Part shown: positions 8,007 through 17,820 of the stretch, piece after piece
Position numbering within the stretch: the first letter of the stretch is position 1
Layout of the letters: every line of letters starts with the position of its first letter
Source of the DNA: Nitrosopumilaceae archaeon
GTDB lineage: Archaea > Thermoproteota > Nitrososphaeria > Nitrososphaerales > Nitrosopumilaceae
Direction: 5' to 3'
Assembly: GCA_965203465.1 (NCBI GenBank)
Contig: CBDBCR010000001.1
Location: 416,001 to 480,000 of the forward strand
Length of the DNA: 64,000 bases
Made by a program: the position numbers and the translations under genes
The notes under the pieces: generated by a model
What the model saw: the letters and a program-made list of their open reading frames with translations, nothing else
What the model was told of the DNA's origin: nothing
Databases searched by the model: none

Positions 8007-11000
8007 ATGATGATGTGGTCTGCATGCGCGGCGCTCGCCCTGCTCTGCGCGGCCCCCGCGTGGGCCGAGGTGGTCATCAACGAGATAGAGACCAACCCGC
8101 CGGGCAACGACTCGCGGGGGGCGCTCGAGTGGGTGGAGCTGTACAACTCCGGCGAGGCGGGGGCCGACATCGGCGGCTGGCAGATATCGTCGTCTTCGGG
8201 CGAGGCGTTCGTGCTGCCCGACGGCGCGTTCATAGGCCCGGGGGAATACGCCGCGTTCTCGCACGGGCCGCTCTGGTTCGCAAACAGGGGCGACGCGGCG
8301 CGGCTGCTCGACGCGGCCGGGCTGGAGGTGGATTCCACGCCGCAGGTGGCCGACGTGGGCAACGACGAACTGACCTGGCAGCGCGCTCGCGACGGCGTCG
8401 ACACCGGCTCGCCCGACGACTGGAAGCCGGGCAAGCCCACGTGGGGATCGAGCAACGAGGGCCCCATCCCCGTGCCGCGCAGCGTCCCCACGGGCGTCTC
8501 GGTCGACGCGGGCGGCCCGTACGTCTCGGGGCAACCCGTGACCATATCGGGTTCGGTCTCGGCGCCGGCCCACGCGGAGCGCCACCGCGGCGTGCAGCTG
8601 CCCGTCGAATTCGCCATCGAGCCGTCAGAGTACCGGACGGCGCGCTATCCGGACGCGGCGCTGGGCTTTTCCTTCGAGGTGCCCACCGGCGGCGTGCTCG
8701 GCCTGGCGCCGGGGCGGTACACCGTGACTGCCAGCTACGCGGGCGCCTCGGCCGAATCCGCGTTCGAGGTGGTCGCCCCGCCGGCCGAATCCGACCGCGG
8801 GCCGGAGCAGTCCCTGTCGCTGTCCGTCGAGCCGGGCCCGTACCTGAGGGGCCAGACCGTGGAGGTGCGCGCCTCGGCGGCCTACGAGGTGCCGCTGGAG
8901 GGCCTGCGGATATCTGTGCTCGACCCCGACGGCCTACAGGTGGAGAGCGGCGCGCTCTTTCCGGACGGCGACGGCCGGTTCTCGACCTCCTACACGGTCA
9001 ACCCCGTTTCGGCAAAGTACGGCGACTATTCCGTGCTCGCCTCGTACGGCGGCGCGCGGGCCTCGGCAGGCTACGAGGTGGCGCCCGACGCGCGCCCCGC
9101 GGGCCTCACGATGGACCTTTCGGCGGACGCGTACGAGCCCGGGCAGACGGTGCTGGTGTACGGAAGCTCGTCAAAGTGGGTGCCGTCCCTAGACGTGCGG
9201 GTGGCCAGCTTGGTAGGCGGCGACACCGGCCACCTCAACAGATCCGATTCGATGCGCCTTGCCGGCGACGGATCGTTTTCGTACGAGCTTGCCATACCCG
9301 CGTGGTTCAAAGACTACGGCAAGCACCTAGTGACAGTCTCGGGCAGCGTGGGGCGGGCCTCGCACGAGTTCGCCGTGGCCGAGGACGCCTCCTCGTACGA
9401 GGCCCCGCTGGACAGGTTCGTCATGGATGCCGACCGCGGCTCTTACGCGCCGGGCCAAAGGATGGTCCTTGCGGGCAACGTCGGGGATCTAAAGCCGGGC
9501 AGGGACCGCTCTGTCTCGGTGGACTTTTTCGGGCCTTCCGGGCAGGTGATAATCGAGGGCAGGGACGGGGCCTCGACTGTGCCGGTGGCGAGCCGCCTCG
9601 CCGCGCTGCCCTCGCCGTCGGGCGAGTTCTCAGTCCCCTACGAGCTCAACCCCGTCCTGTTCCCGCCCGGCCAGTACGTGGCGCGCGCCCAGTACGGCGG
9701 CGGCTTCGCGGCGGCCGCCTTCGAGGTGGAGCGTCCCGGCCCGGTGCGCGCCCTGTCGGCGTCGCTGGACAAGGACGCCTACGGGCTGGGCGAGACAGTC
9801 GTCCTGTCGGGCGCGTCGCCCGACGCCGACGACTCGGCCGTCATAACGCTGTACAAGCCAGACGGCGGCGTCGAGAGGCACGGTGCCTACATCGATTCGG
9901 GCGAATTCGAATGGTCGTGGCAGGCGCCCCCTTCGGAGATCACGCGCCTGGGCCCGCGCTCCGAGGATCTGAGCAACTTGGGCTCCCACCGGCTCAACGT
10001 GGCGGTCGGCGGAGCGGCGCTCGATCTGCGGTTTTCGGTCTCGGATGAGCCGGGCCGGCCCGCGCCCGAGGGCCTGACGGTCTCTGCCGGCTCCGGCCTG
10101 CAGCTGCCCGGATCCGATCTGGAAGTCTCCGGCACGGCCCGCGCCGGCGGAGTCTCGCCTGTCCTCATAGAGGTGGTCCCGTACGGCTCGGCGCAGGCGA
10201 TCCTTTCGGCCAGGGCGCACCCGAGCCCCGGCGGCCTGTACTCGGCATCGTTCCCGCTGCTGGCCTCGCTCTTCCCAGACGGCTCGTACGCGGTGCGCGC
10301 GGTCCACGACGGGCAGCGCGCCGTCGACACGTTCGACGTGGGAATGTCCGAGCCGCTGTCGGTGACGATGGCGCGCGACGAATACTCGCCCGGCGAGCTG
10401 GCCGTGGCGCGCGTCTCGGTGCCCGACGCGGAAAGAAACTACAGCGTGGGCGTGATACGCCAGTCCGGAACGGAGCAGGCGTGTGGGCCGTCGGTGTGCG
10501 GCGAGTACGATTTGCCCGTCGCCTCGGCCACCGCGTCGGGCTCGTTTTCCTACGCGTACCGGGTGCCGCCCGGCGCCGGCGGCCCCCACGAGCTGACCGT
10601 CTGGTCGGGGCCGCACGAAGCGCACGCGCTCTTCGAGGTCGGGCAGTCCGAGCGGCGCCAAGAGTCGCGCTCGCGCATACACGACGATTCGGCCGCAGTC
10701 GACGTGAAAGAGGGCGCGCTGTCCATCTCGGGCTCGCTGATCGCGCGCGCGTCCGATTCGGATTTGGTGCGGCTGCGCCTCGAGGCACCGGGCGGCGCGT
10801 GCATCATCGGCCCGTCGCCAGAGTGCGCGCAGTCGGGCCCGACGCGCACGCCGTATTCCGAGGCGCGCGCCTTCGAGCTTGACGGCCAGCAGTACTGGCT
10901 TTCGTACTCGGGGCCCGGGGAGCGCGCCGAGCTGTTCGAGCTGGGCGCGTTCGGCCATCTTCCAGCCGGCCAGTACGCCCTTTCCGTGCAAAAGGATGGG

Positions 11001-11042
11001 CAGCAGTCTAGCCTGTACTACCGCGTCTCTTACGGGCAATGA
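8007..11042 (+). CDS. Secreted/surface protein with lamin-tail domain and repeated Ig-like beta-sandwich modules
   Basis: Signal peptide, VVINEIETNPPG..EWVELYN (LTD motif), repeated Y-x-P-G-[EQ]-T-V modules. Confidence 0.85.
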   Translation: MMMWSACAALALLCAAPAWAEVVINEIETNPPGNDSRGALEWVELYNSGEAGADIGGWQISSSSGEAFVLPDGAFIGPGEYAAFSHGPLWFANRGDAARLLDAAGLEVDSTPQVADVGNDELTWQRARDGVDTGSPDDWKPGKPTWGSSNEGPIPVPRSVPTGVSVDAGGPYVSGQPVTISGSVSAPAHAERHRGVQLPVEFAIEPSEYRTARYPDAALGFSFEVPTGGVLGLAPGRYTVTASYAGASAESAFEVVAPPAESDRGPEQSLSLSVEPGPYLRGQTVEVRASAAYEVPLEGLRISVLDPDGLQVESGALFPDGDGRFSTSYTVNPVSAKYGDYSVLASYGGARASAGYEVAPDARPAGLTMDLSADAYEPGQTVLVYGSSSKWVPSLDVRVASLVGGDTGHLNRSDSMRLAGDGSFSYELAIPAWFKDYGKHLVTVSGSVGRASHEFAVAEDASSYEAPLDRFVMDADRGSYAPGQRMVLAGNVGDLKPGRDRSVSVDFFGPSGQVIIEGRDGASTVPVASRLAALPSPSGEFSVPYELNPVLFPPGQYVARAQYGGGFAAAAFEVERPGPVRALSASLDKDAYGLGETVVLSGASPDADDSAVITLYKPDGGVERHGAYIDSGEFEWSWQAPPSEITRLGPRSEDLSNLGSHRLNVAVGGAALDLRFSVSDEPGRPAPEGLTVSAGSGLQLPGSDLEVSGTARAGGVSPVLIEVVPYGSAQAILSARAHPSPGGLYSASFPLLASLFPDGSYAVRAVHDGQRAVDTFDVGMSEPLSVTMARDEYSPGELAVARVSVPDAERNYSVGVIRQSGTEQACGPSVCGEYDLPVASATASGSFSYAYRVPPGAGGPHELTVWSGPHEAHALFEVGQSERRQESRSRIHDDSAAVDVKEGALSISGSLIARASDSDLVRLRLEAPGGACIIGPSPECAQSGPTRTPYSEARAFELDGQQYWLSYSGPGERAELFELGAFGHLPAGQYALSVQKDGQQSSLYYRVSYGQ

Positions 11043-13428
11043 GCAGCAGCGCGGCAAGGGCCGCGGCCGCCGCCGCGTACGGCCACCACGCGTCCGGGCC
11101 ATCGCGCGCGGGCTCTTCTGCGGCCTCGACGCTCGGGGGCGGCTCGGACCACACGGCCAAGCCCGTCTCGTAATAGTCGGGCCTGTGCACCTGGTCAGAG
11201 TACGCAAAGAGGCGCAGCTGCCGCGCCCCGTCGGGCCCCGACACCTCGAACGACGACGAGCCGCCAGAGGCGTCGAGCACGCCCGATTCGGCGCCGCCGG
11301 GCCCGCGCACAAAGTAGAGCAGCTTTGTGGCCCCGTCGGTGCCCACCTCGACCGAAACGGGGGCCGGCGCGACGGCCGGCGCATCCACCGAAGTTATGGA
11401 CGGCAGCGCGGGCCCTTCCATCCACGACCACCGCCCGCGCTCGAGCGGGTAGGACGGGTCCTCGAAGGCTGACAGGCGCACCGTGCGCGCCTCGGGCGAG
11501 TACGATTCGAGCTCGAACGGCCCGTCGCTGATGACGGCGTGGCCGCGCTGGCGTATCCACTCGGCCGCCGCCAGGTACCGCTCGGCCGCCTGCCCGGCAT
11601 CTACCATGCCGGACAGGGCCGGGGGCACGTGGCCGTCCGCCTCGAACTCTTCGAGCGCCGAGAGCACCTTCTGCGCGTCGCTAGGCACCAGCAGCGAGAG
11701 CCAGCTGGCCGAGCGCTCGCTCGCCGCCGACCTCGAAAAGGCGGCGCCCCCGTCCAGGACCACCTTCTCCATGGCGGCGTACACCTCCCAGGGCATGCCG
11801 CCGCCCGGCGCGGCCCAGGCGGCTATCTCGCCCTCGTCAAAGTGCCAATAGTCAACGTACACCTCGATGCCGCCCTCGGTTGGCCTGACCCCGGCCACCG
11901 AGGCGGCCACTTGGCCGGCCTGCGCGGTGTACTCTGGGTCCACGGTGCGGTCGCCTTGGCCCGCGTCGGTCCCCCACTCTTGGACAAAGTACGCGGCGTG
12001 CATCAGGTCGGCTGTGCCGGCTTTCTTGCCGTGGTGCCAGTTGCCCGGAAGCACCCGGTATTCGACCGCGCTGACCGCCTCTTTCCCGGACACGTCTGCC
12101 CACGCGCCCGCCTCCGGATCCCACGCGACCGCGCCGGGCGGCATGGCCAGCTTTCCGAGCGGGCCGGCGGTCCTGACGTCCCACTGGGCGCGCACCGGCA
12201 TGACCAGGCCCGTGTACGGGTGCCGGAAGACCGAGGGATCCGAGACGGCCCCCCAGATCTGCGTGCTGTACACGTCCGAGAGGCCCATGACGGGGTTCCA
12301 CGCCCCCTGGTACACCTGCTTTACCCCGATGTCGAGCACGCCGTCGGGGGCGCGCGCGTTTATCGGCGTGAAGCGCGTGGGCACGCCGGCGCCAAAGTCG
12401 TTGATTATCCCCGAGACCGATTCGTTTGCGACGTACTGGTCTATCTTGGCCGCCAGGAATATGCGGACGGCCTCGCGCGCGCCGGCGCCGGCCGCCTCGG
12501 ACACCAGCGCGTCGCGCTCGCCGGCCGACGCAAAGTCGCCCGAGTATATCCTGCGCGTCAGCTCGTCGATCTCCACGTTTTCGTAGTTCCAGTAGCCGGG
12601 GCTGTTGAAGCCGGGCATGTTGGAGAACCACGGCGCGTACATCTGGGCGAGGCCCGTCTGGTCGTAGCGCACGAACGCCGAGCGGCCGCCCCACCCCTCG
12701 GTGTACGCGTGCCACCTGTGCTCGGCAGGATCCGAGCCGTACACGACCACGAACGCCTTGTTGAGGTCGCCGAACTGGCGCTTTACCGCAAAGCCCGAGC
12801 CCTCCAGGGCCGAGGCCAGCGTCTCGCCTATCGACCTGCGCACCGGATCGTCGCTCCTTATGAACACCGAAAGCTCCACCGGCTCGCCGCCGTGGTGCCA
12901 GGCGCCCCCGGACATGACCGCGCCCATCCCTTCCATGTATTTCGATATTATTCCGCGCGCCCGGCCCGGATCGTACGAGACGCCGAGCCCCTCTATTTCG
13001 GCCAGCACCGCAGGATAGTCGGGATCGAAGGGCCCGTAGTTAGACACCATGGGCACGCCGTAGCCGCCCATCAGCTCGTTGACTATCAGGTCGCGGTCGA
13101 GCATGTAGTTTACCGCGAACCGAACCTCCCTCGACGCGAACGGGTTGAGTTTTTCGGATTCTGCGGGGTTTAGCAGTATGTCGTAAGAGCCGCCGGTCGA
13201 TTCGTGCACCTGCAGGCCCTCGCGCGCGCCCGCCCCCTGCAGGCGGTCCGACGGCATCCTGTAGTAGTAGATGTCCAAGTTGCCGGAGCGCACCTCCTCT
13301 AGCGCGGTGCTCTCGTCTGCGTACTGCACGAACCGCACGCCGTCAGAATAGGCGCCCGAGCCGTGCGCCGCGCCGGCGGCCGACGCGGCGGCCAGTAGCG
13401 CGCACAGTTGCAGCGCGAGCCGTGCCAA
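11008..13428 (-). CDS. ABC transporter substrate-binding protein, family 5 (Dpp/Opp)
   Basis: Signal peptide, NPFASREVRFAVNYMLDRD, GPFELESY, C-terminal TM with basic tail. Confidence 0.88.
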   Translation of the reverse strand: MARLALQLCALLAAASAAGAAHGSGAYSDGVRFVQYADESTALEEVRSGNLDIYYYRMPSDRLQGAGAREGLQVHESTGGSYDILLNPAESEKLNPFASREVRFAVNYMLDRDLIVNELMGGYGVPMVSNYGPFDPDYPAVLAEIEGLGVSYDPGRARGIISKYMEGMGAVMSGGAWHHGGEPVELSVFIRSDDPVRRSIGETLASALEGSGFAVKRQFGDLNKAFVVVYGSDPAEHRWHAYTEGWGGRSAFVRYDQTGLAQMYAPWFSNMPGFNSPGYWNYENVEIDELTRRIYSGDFASAGERDALVSEAAGAGAREAVRIFLAAKIDQYVANESVSGIINDFGAGVPTRFTPINARAPDGVLDIGVKQVYQGAWNPVMGLSDVYSTQIWGAVSDPSVFRHPYTGLVMPVRAQWDVRTAGPLGKLAMPPGAVAWDPEAGAWADVSGKEAVSAVEYRVLPGNWHHGKKAGTADLMHAAYFVQEWGTDAGQGDRTVDPEYTAQAGQVAASVAGVRPTEGGIEVYVDYWHFDEGEIAAWAAPGGGMPWEVYAAMEKVVLDGGAAFSRSAASERSASWLSLLVPSDAQKVLSALEEFEADGHVPPALSGMVDAGQAAERYLAAAEWIRQRGHAVISDGPFELESYSPEARTVRLSAFEDPSYPLERGRWSWMEGPALPSITSVDAPAVAPAPVSVEVGTDGATKLLYFVRGPGGAESGVLDASGGSSSFEVSGPDGARQLRLFAYSDQVHRPDYYETGLAVWSEPPPSVEAAEEPARDGPDAWWPYAAAAAALAALLLIARKRRGSTG

Positions 13429-13486
13429 CCACCGCGCGCCCGCGCCGCCTGTTATAGTTTAAACCCCCGCCCCGCGCGCCCCGCGC

Positions 13487-14113
13487 GTGGATCTGTCCTG
13501 CCTGCGCGCCATCTCCCCGGGCCTCACGACGGCCGCGCGGTTCGCCTCGCTGTGCGGCGCCGGCCTGGACGCGGCGCGCGCGGACTTGAAGTTCTTGGAG
13601 GGGGCGGGGATAGGCGAGCGCGCCCCCGGCGGGCACCGCTTCGCCGAGGGCGACCGGCTCTCGGCGGCCCTGCTGCTGCTCGAGCTGGGCGAGCCGGCGG
13701 GGCCGGTCTCTGCCGAGCTGGACTGGAGGTCGTTCGAGGGGCTGGCAGCCCGCATACTCGAATCGCGCGGCTACCTGACCGAGCGCAACCTGGTGCTGCG
13801 CGCCCCTAGGGCCGAGATAGACGTGGCCGCGCGGGCCGGCGGCCTCGCGCTGCTCGTAGACTGCAAGCACTGGATGCGCCTCGCCCCCTCGCAGGCGCGC
13901 CGGGCCGCGCGGATGCAGGCGCGCCGGGCGGCACGGTACGCGCGCGCCCGCGCCGTGCAGGCGGTGCCGGCCGTGGTGGCCCTCGAGCCGGATTCAAAGT
14001 TCGAAGGCGGGGTGCCCATCGTGCCCGTGGCGCAGCTGGGTGAATTCGCCGACCAGCTGCCCGGCAGGCTCGACGAGGTGCTCTGCTTCTCACCAGACCA
14101 GGACGGCGGCTAA
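13487..14113 (+). CDS. wHTH plus Mrr-like PD-(D/E)XK restriction-endonuclease-fold protein
   Basis: LDWRSFEGLAARILESRGY..EIDVAA..LLVDCKHW. Confidence 0.72.
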   Translation: MDLSCLRAISPGLTTAARFASLCGAGLDAARADLKFLEGAGIGERAPGGHRFAEGDRLSAALLLLELGEPAGPVSAELDWRSFEGLAARILESRGYLTERNLVLRAPRAEIDVAARAGGLALLVDCKHWMRLAPSQARRAARMQARRAARYARARAVQAVPAVVALEPDSKFEGGVPIVPVAQLGEFADQLPGRLDEVLCFSPDQDGG

Positions 14114-15826
14114 CAGCACGGCAAAGCCTGCCGAGGCGAATATCTTCGTTATGCGTAGCGAGTTGTCCATGGCCGCCTTGAAGTCGGCGAATATCTTGGG
14201 GCCCATTATCTTGGTCTTCGATACGTTTTCGAGCACCTCGAAACTGCCGCGCGCCGCGCGCGTCACGGCGCTGCCTGCAAGCTCGAGGTACCACTCGGAT
14301 ATGTCCGACGGCTTTGACATTATGCCGAACTGGTAGTAGCCGTTCTTGTTCCTGACGCGCACGCGCGAAAAGTGCGTGTCCGACGTGAACATCTCGAGCA
14401 TGCGCAGCCCGCGCGCCCTGAAGGCTTCGGCGACGGCCTCGCGCACGCCGTTCTCCATGTTGTTGGCGTCGGCCCACCCGAAAAAGTAGTCCGCGCCGCC
14501 CACCTTCAGGCACAGCACCCCGATGCCGCCGTCGGCGAGGTCGGGCGCGCCGAAGCGCGAGCCGGGGTGGCCCGCGTAGCCGAACTCGAAGGGCAGGCTC
14601 TCCTTTCCGACCAGCTCGTCGAGGCACGACTTTGCGGCCCTGAGCATGTCGCGCATGTCCGGCTCGGATATCTCCTCGCCCATGGCGTTGTGGCAGTCGG
14701 CCACCATCACCTGCTCGAAGCCCCTGCTCTTGGCGAACGCCTCGATGTCGGTCCTCACCTGGTTGGGCAGGTCCTCCATGCCTTCGGGCGAGAGAGAGAG
14801 GAGCAGGAGGGGGCTGCGCCCGAAGAGCACGCCGGTGGCCCTCGCCCTGTTGACCTGCACCACGACCGGCTCGGTGCACGTCTTGCCGCCGAGCACGCCG
14901 GCCGGCTCGGCGCGCAGGCCGTCGAGGTACTTTTCGACCTGCTCCTGCGAGGGCAGGTTGAGCGAGTGGTCCGATATGCTGTGCATGACCATGGCCGACG
15001 AGCCGAGCGCCTCGTAGATGCGGTAAGAGACGTTGCTGCCGCCTATGGGGTGGTAGGGGCCGGGGTGTATCTCGGGCAGCACCATGCGCACGTCGGCGCC
15101 GCCCGAGCGGAGCCGAACCTGGCGCGTCCTTACGGTGGACGGGCTGGACCTGCTCTCGATTATAGATTCTATGTCGCCGTGGCTCTTTTTCTGCGAGGAC
15201 AGGTACACCTGTATCAGCTCGTGCGTGCTCTGCACGCTGGGCCTGCCGGCAGCGTCGGTCATCTTTGACCACGCCGAGGCCATCACCACCAGTATGCCGC
15301 CGACGGCTAGCGGGATCGGCTCGAGCAGCGCGCCCCAGCTGTGGTTGGGCACGATGCACAGAAAGAGCGGCAGCGGCTGGAGCAGGCATATGGCCCAGGC
15401 CTTCCTGAGGCTGGCGCCCAGCACTGTCGTGTAGATGCCGATGCGGAACGCCACGAACAGGAACATCCCGGTGGCCACGTGCATGGCCGAGGGCTCCGGC
15501 CTGCCGGCCACCTGCGCGGCCAGCACGGCCGCCGAGGCGGCCGCCAGCCATATCAGGTTGCCGAACAGGGACATGTGCACGGCCTTTGAGTATTCGCGGT
15601 TGCGCACCAGCCTCGAGTCCGCCGCCTGCGTGGCCAGGAGCACCGGCACCGAGAGGGCCAGCGCCGCGGCGTAGCCGCCCATGCCGTACCAGAACGCTGC
15701 CACCGCCGCGGTGGCAGCCACCGCGGCCATCGAAAAGACCAGCGAGTGGTACTGGGAGGACGGGTTGAGAAGCGTGAGGGTGTACCTCTTGTGTATTCCG
15801 GAGACGTTTTCGGACGAGCCGCCCAT
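14090..15826 (-). CDS. DUF2070 family membrane protein
   Basis: N-terminal multi-TM region, HPGPY, DCHNAMG, DANNMENG, TSDTH motifs. Confidence 0.85.
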   Translation of the reverse strand: MGGSSENVSGIHKRYTLTLLNPSSQYHSLVFSMAAVAATAAVAAFWYGMGGYAAALALSVPVLLATQAADSRLVRNREYSKAVHMSLFGNLIWLAAASAAVLAAQVAGRPEPSAMHVATGMFLFVAFRIGIYTTVLGASLRKAWAICLLQPLPLFLCIVPNHSWGALLEPIPLAVGGILVVMASAWSKMTDAAGRPSVQSTHELIQVYLSSQKKSHGDIESIIESRSSPSTVRTRQVRLRSGGADVRMVLPEIHPGPYHPIGGSNVSYRIYEALGSSAMVMHSISDHSLNLPSQEQVEKYLDGLRAEPAGVLGGKTCTEPVVVQVNRARATGVLFGRSPLLLLSLSPEGMEDLPNQVRTDIEAFAKSRGFEQVMVADCHNAMGEEISEPDMRDMLRAAKSCLDELVGKESLPFEFGYAGHPGSRFGAPDLADGGIGVLCLKVGGADYFFGWADANNMENGVREAVAEAFRARGLRMLEMFTSDTHFSRVRVRNKNGYYQFGIMSKPSDISEWYLELAGSAVTRAARGSFEVLENVSKTKIMGPKIFADFKAAMDNSLRITKIFASAGFAVLLAAVLVW

Positions 15827-15832
15827 TTCAGG

Positions 15833-15994
15833 TCACGCCAGCAGCAACTCGATGGCCCAAGACACGGCTATCAGGCCTATGGGCATGCTCACGACGATGC
15901 GGGGATCCACCTTGAACCCTTTGGTTTCGTCCTCGAAGAACCTCAGCAGGCCCGCGCTAGAGGCCGGCAACGGGGCACCCTTCTTGTCCGCCAT
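15833..15994 (-). CDS. secG: Preprotein translocase subunit Sec61beta
   Basis: APLPASSAGLLRFFEDETKGFKVDP plus a single TM. Confidence 0.9.
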   Translation of the reverse strand: MADKKGAPLPASSAGLLRFFEDETKGFKVDPRIVVSMPIGLIAVSWAIELLLA

Positions 15995-16020
15995 GGGGCG
16001 GGGCGCCCTGGGCCGTTTAC

Positions 16021-16176
16021 TTAAACGTTGGCAGAGGCGCACTCGGCGCACGCGCACTCTGCCATCCTTGTCCCGAAAGAGCAGTCGTGCGGCCCCTCCG
16101 AGCCGTCCCCGACGGGGACCTCGCCCATGCAATCGCGGTGCCTGCCGTTGCGGCAGAACCAGCACACCGGCTCCAC
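16021..16176 (-). CDS. 51-aa Cys/His-rich microprotein (below the ORF-track cutoff)
   Basis: GTG start; MEPVCWFCRNGRHRDCMGEVPVGDGSEGPHDCSFGTRMAECACAECASANV*; TATA-like CTTAAAG 25-31 nt upstream. Confidence 0.65.
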   Translation of the reverse strand: MEPVCWFCRNGRHRDCMGEVPVGDGSEGPHDCSFGTRMAECACAECASANV

Positions 16177-16256
16177 ACCCGTCCCCGCAAGGACTCCTCC
16201 CTTTAAGCCTCTCCTGAAAGGGTAATATGTAGCGCCCCGCGCGGTGCGCGCCTGTC

Positions 16257-17186
16257 ATGACAAAATCCGTAGCCGTGCTGTCGGGGGGATCCGGCTCCGT
16301 AAAGCTGGTCAGGGGCCTTGCCTCGCAGTCGGCCGACGTGACCGTGATAAGCAACGTGGGGGACAACTACTGGCTGTACGGCATGTACGTGTGCCCCGAC
16401 ATCGACACGGTAGTCTACGGGCTGGCCGACATGCTCGACACGGAGCGCGGCTGGGGGATCAAAAAGGACACGTTCAACTTTCTGCGGCAGATGGAGGTCT
16501 TCGGCGAGGAGACGTGGTTCCGCATCGGAGACCGCGACACGGCCACGCACTTGGTGCGCACCAACATGCTCAAGAACGGGCGCAACCTGGGCGACATCAC
16601 AAAGTGGATGTGCGAAAAGTTCGCCATCGCGGCCAACATCGTGCCGGTCACCGACAACTCGGTCGAGACGCGCATAACCACCTCAAAGGGCGAGATGCAC
16701 CTGCAGGAGTACTGGGTGAGGTACCGCGGCAGGGACCCCGTCGAGGGCATACGGTACGTGGGGGCCGACAAGGCCCGGCCCAACCCGGAGGCGACTTCGG
16801 CCATACAGTCGGCCGACGTGGTGGTGCTGGCGCCGGGAAACCCGCTTACCAGCATAGGCCCCATGCTGCAGATAAAGGGTGTACACAAGGAGCTGGCGCG
16901 CAGGCGGCGCGACGTGGTGGCCGTCAGCCCGCTGATAGGAGATTCGGCCGTGAGCGGCCCGGCGGCAAAGTACATGACGGCCGCCGGCATCGAGCCCAAC
17001 GCGCTGGGCCTGGCAAAGATGTACTCTGACGTGTGCAGGACGGTGGTGCTCGATTCGCGCGACAAGGCGCTCTCGGCCAAGATAAGGGATCTGGACATGC
17101 GCACTCTCGAGACGCACATCACGATGAAGACGCGCAAGGCCGAGGACGCGCTGGCCTCGTTCATACTAAAGCAGGCGCGCGGCTGA
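16257..17186 (+). CDS. cofD: 2-phospho-L-lactate transferase (F420 biosynthesis)
   Basis: VLSGGSGSVKL, VCPDIDTVVY, WFRIGDRD, HLQEYWV, PGNPLTSIGP. Confidence 0.93.
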   Translation: MTKSVAVLSGGSGSVKLVRGLASQSADVTVISNVGDNYWLYGMYVCPDIDTVVYGLADMLDTERGWGIKKDTFNFLRQMEVFGEETWFRIGDRDTATHLVRTNMLKNGRNLGDITKWMCEKFAIAANIVPVTDNSVETRITTSKGEMHLQEYWVRYRGRDPVEGIRYVGADKARPNPEATSAIQSADVVVLAPGNPLTSIGPMLQIKGVHKELARRRRDVVAVSPLIGDSAVSGPAAKYMTAAGIEPNALGLAKMYSDVCRTVVLDSRDKALSAKIRDLDMRTLETHITMKTRKAEDALASFILKQARG

Positions 17187-17187
17187 G

Positions 17188-17820
17188 TTGCTGCGCACCG
17201 CGGCCATCGTGCCGGTAAAGCGCTTCGACGCGGCAAAGACCCGCCTGGACATGCCGCCGCGGCGGCGCGCCAGCCTCTGCTCGCTGATGCTGAGCGAGGT
17301 CCTCCTGACGCTGTCGGCCTCGCCCCAGATATCATCCACGTTCGTGGTCACATGCGACGGCGAGGCCGCGGAGCTCGCGCGCAGGCACGGCGCCTCGGTG
17401 GTGCCCGACCCCGACGAGGCCGGCGTGAACAGGGCAGTCGAGCTCGCGGCCGGCCCGGCGCGCGAGGCAGGCGCCTCGACCACCCTGGTGCTGCCCCAGG
17501 ACGTGCCGCTCGTCGAGCCGGCCGACATATCGGCCCTGATGCGCACGCAGATGCCGCACGGCTTCGTGACCGTGGTGCCCTCGCGCCGGTTCGACGGCAC
17601 CAACGCCCTGCTGCGCATGCCGCCGGACATCATAAAGACCAGCTACGACGAGGACAGCTACCGGGCGCACATGGCCTCGGCCCGCCGTAGCACCCCCAAC
17701 GCCTCGGTGCTGTTCGTGCCGCGCATCATGCAGGACATCGACGTGCTCGAAGACCTGCGCTCGGCCCTCTCGTCGGGCTACAAGCCGGGGTTCTGCCGGG
17801 CGGCCCGGGATCTCTTGTAG
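17188..17820 (+). CDS. cofC: 2-phospho-L-lactate guanylyltransferase
   Basis: IVPVKRFDAAKTRL, DGTNALL, DIDVLEDL; follows cofD. Confidence 0.9.
   Translation: MLRTAAIVPVKRFDAAKTRLDMPPRRRASLCSLMLSEVLLTLSASPQISSTFVVTCDGEAAELARRHGASVVPDPDEAGVNRAVELAAGPAREAGASTTLVLPQDVPLVEPADISALMRTQMPHGFVTVVPSRRFDGTNALLRMPPDIIKTSYDEDSYRAHMASARRSTPNASVLFVPRIMQDIDVLEDLRSALSSGYKPGFCRAARDLL

Noticed and set aside
3471-14113. Dam plus the Mrr-like nuclease at 13487-14113 as a restriction-modification pair
   Set aside because: About 9 kb apart, separated by unrelated genes, and both have host-like composition.
16028-16225. Hairpin-rich stretch as RNase P or SRP RNA
   Set aside because: No GAGGAAAGTCC or SRP helix-8 consensus; better explained by the minus-strand 51-aa ORF.
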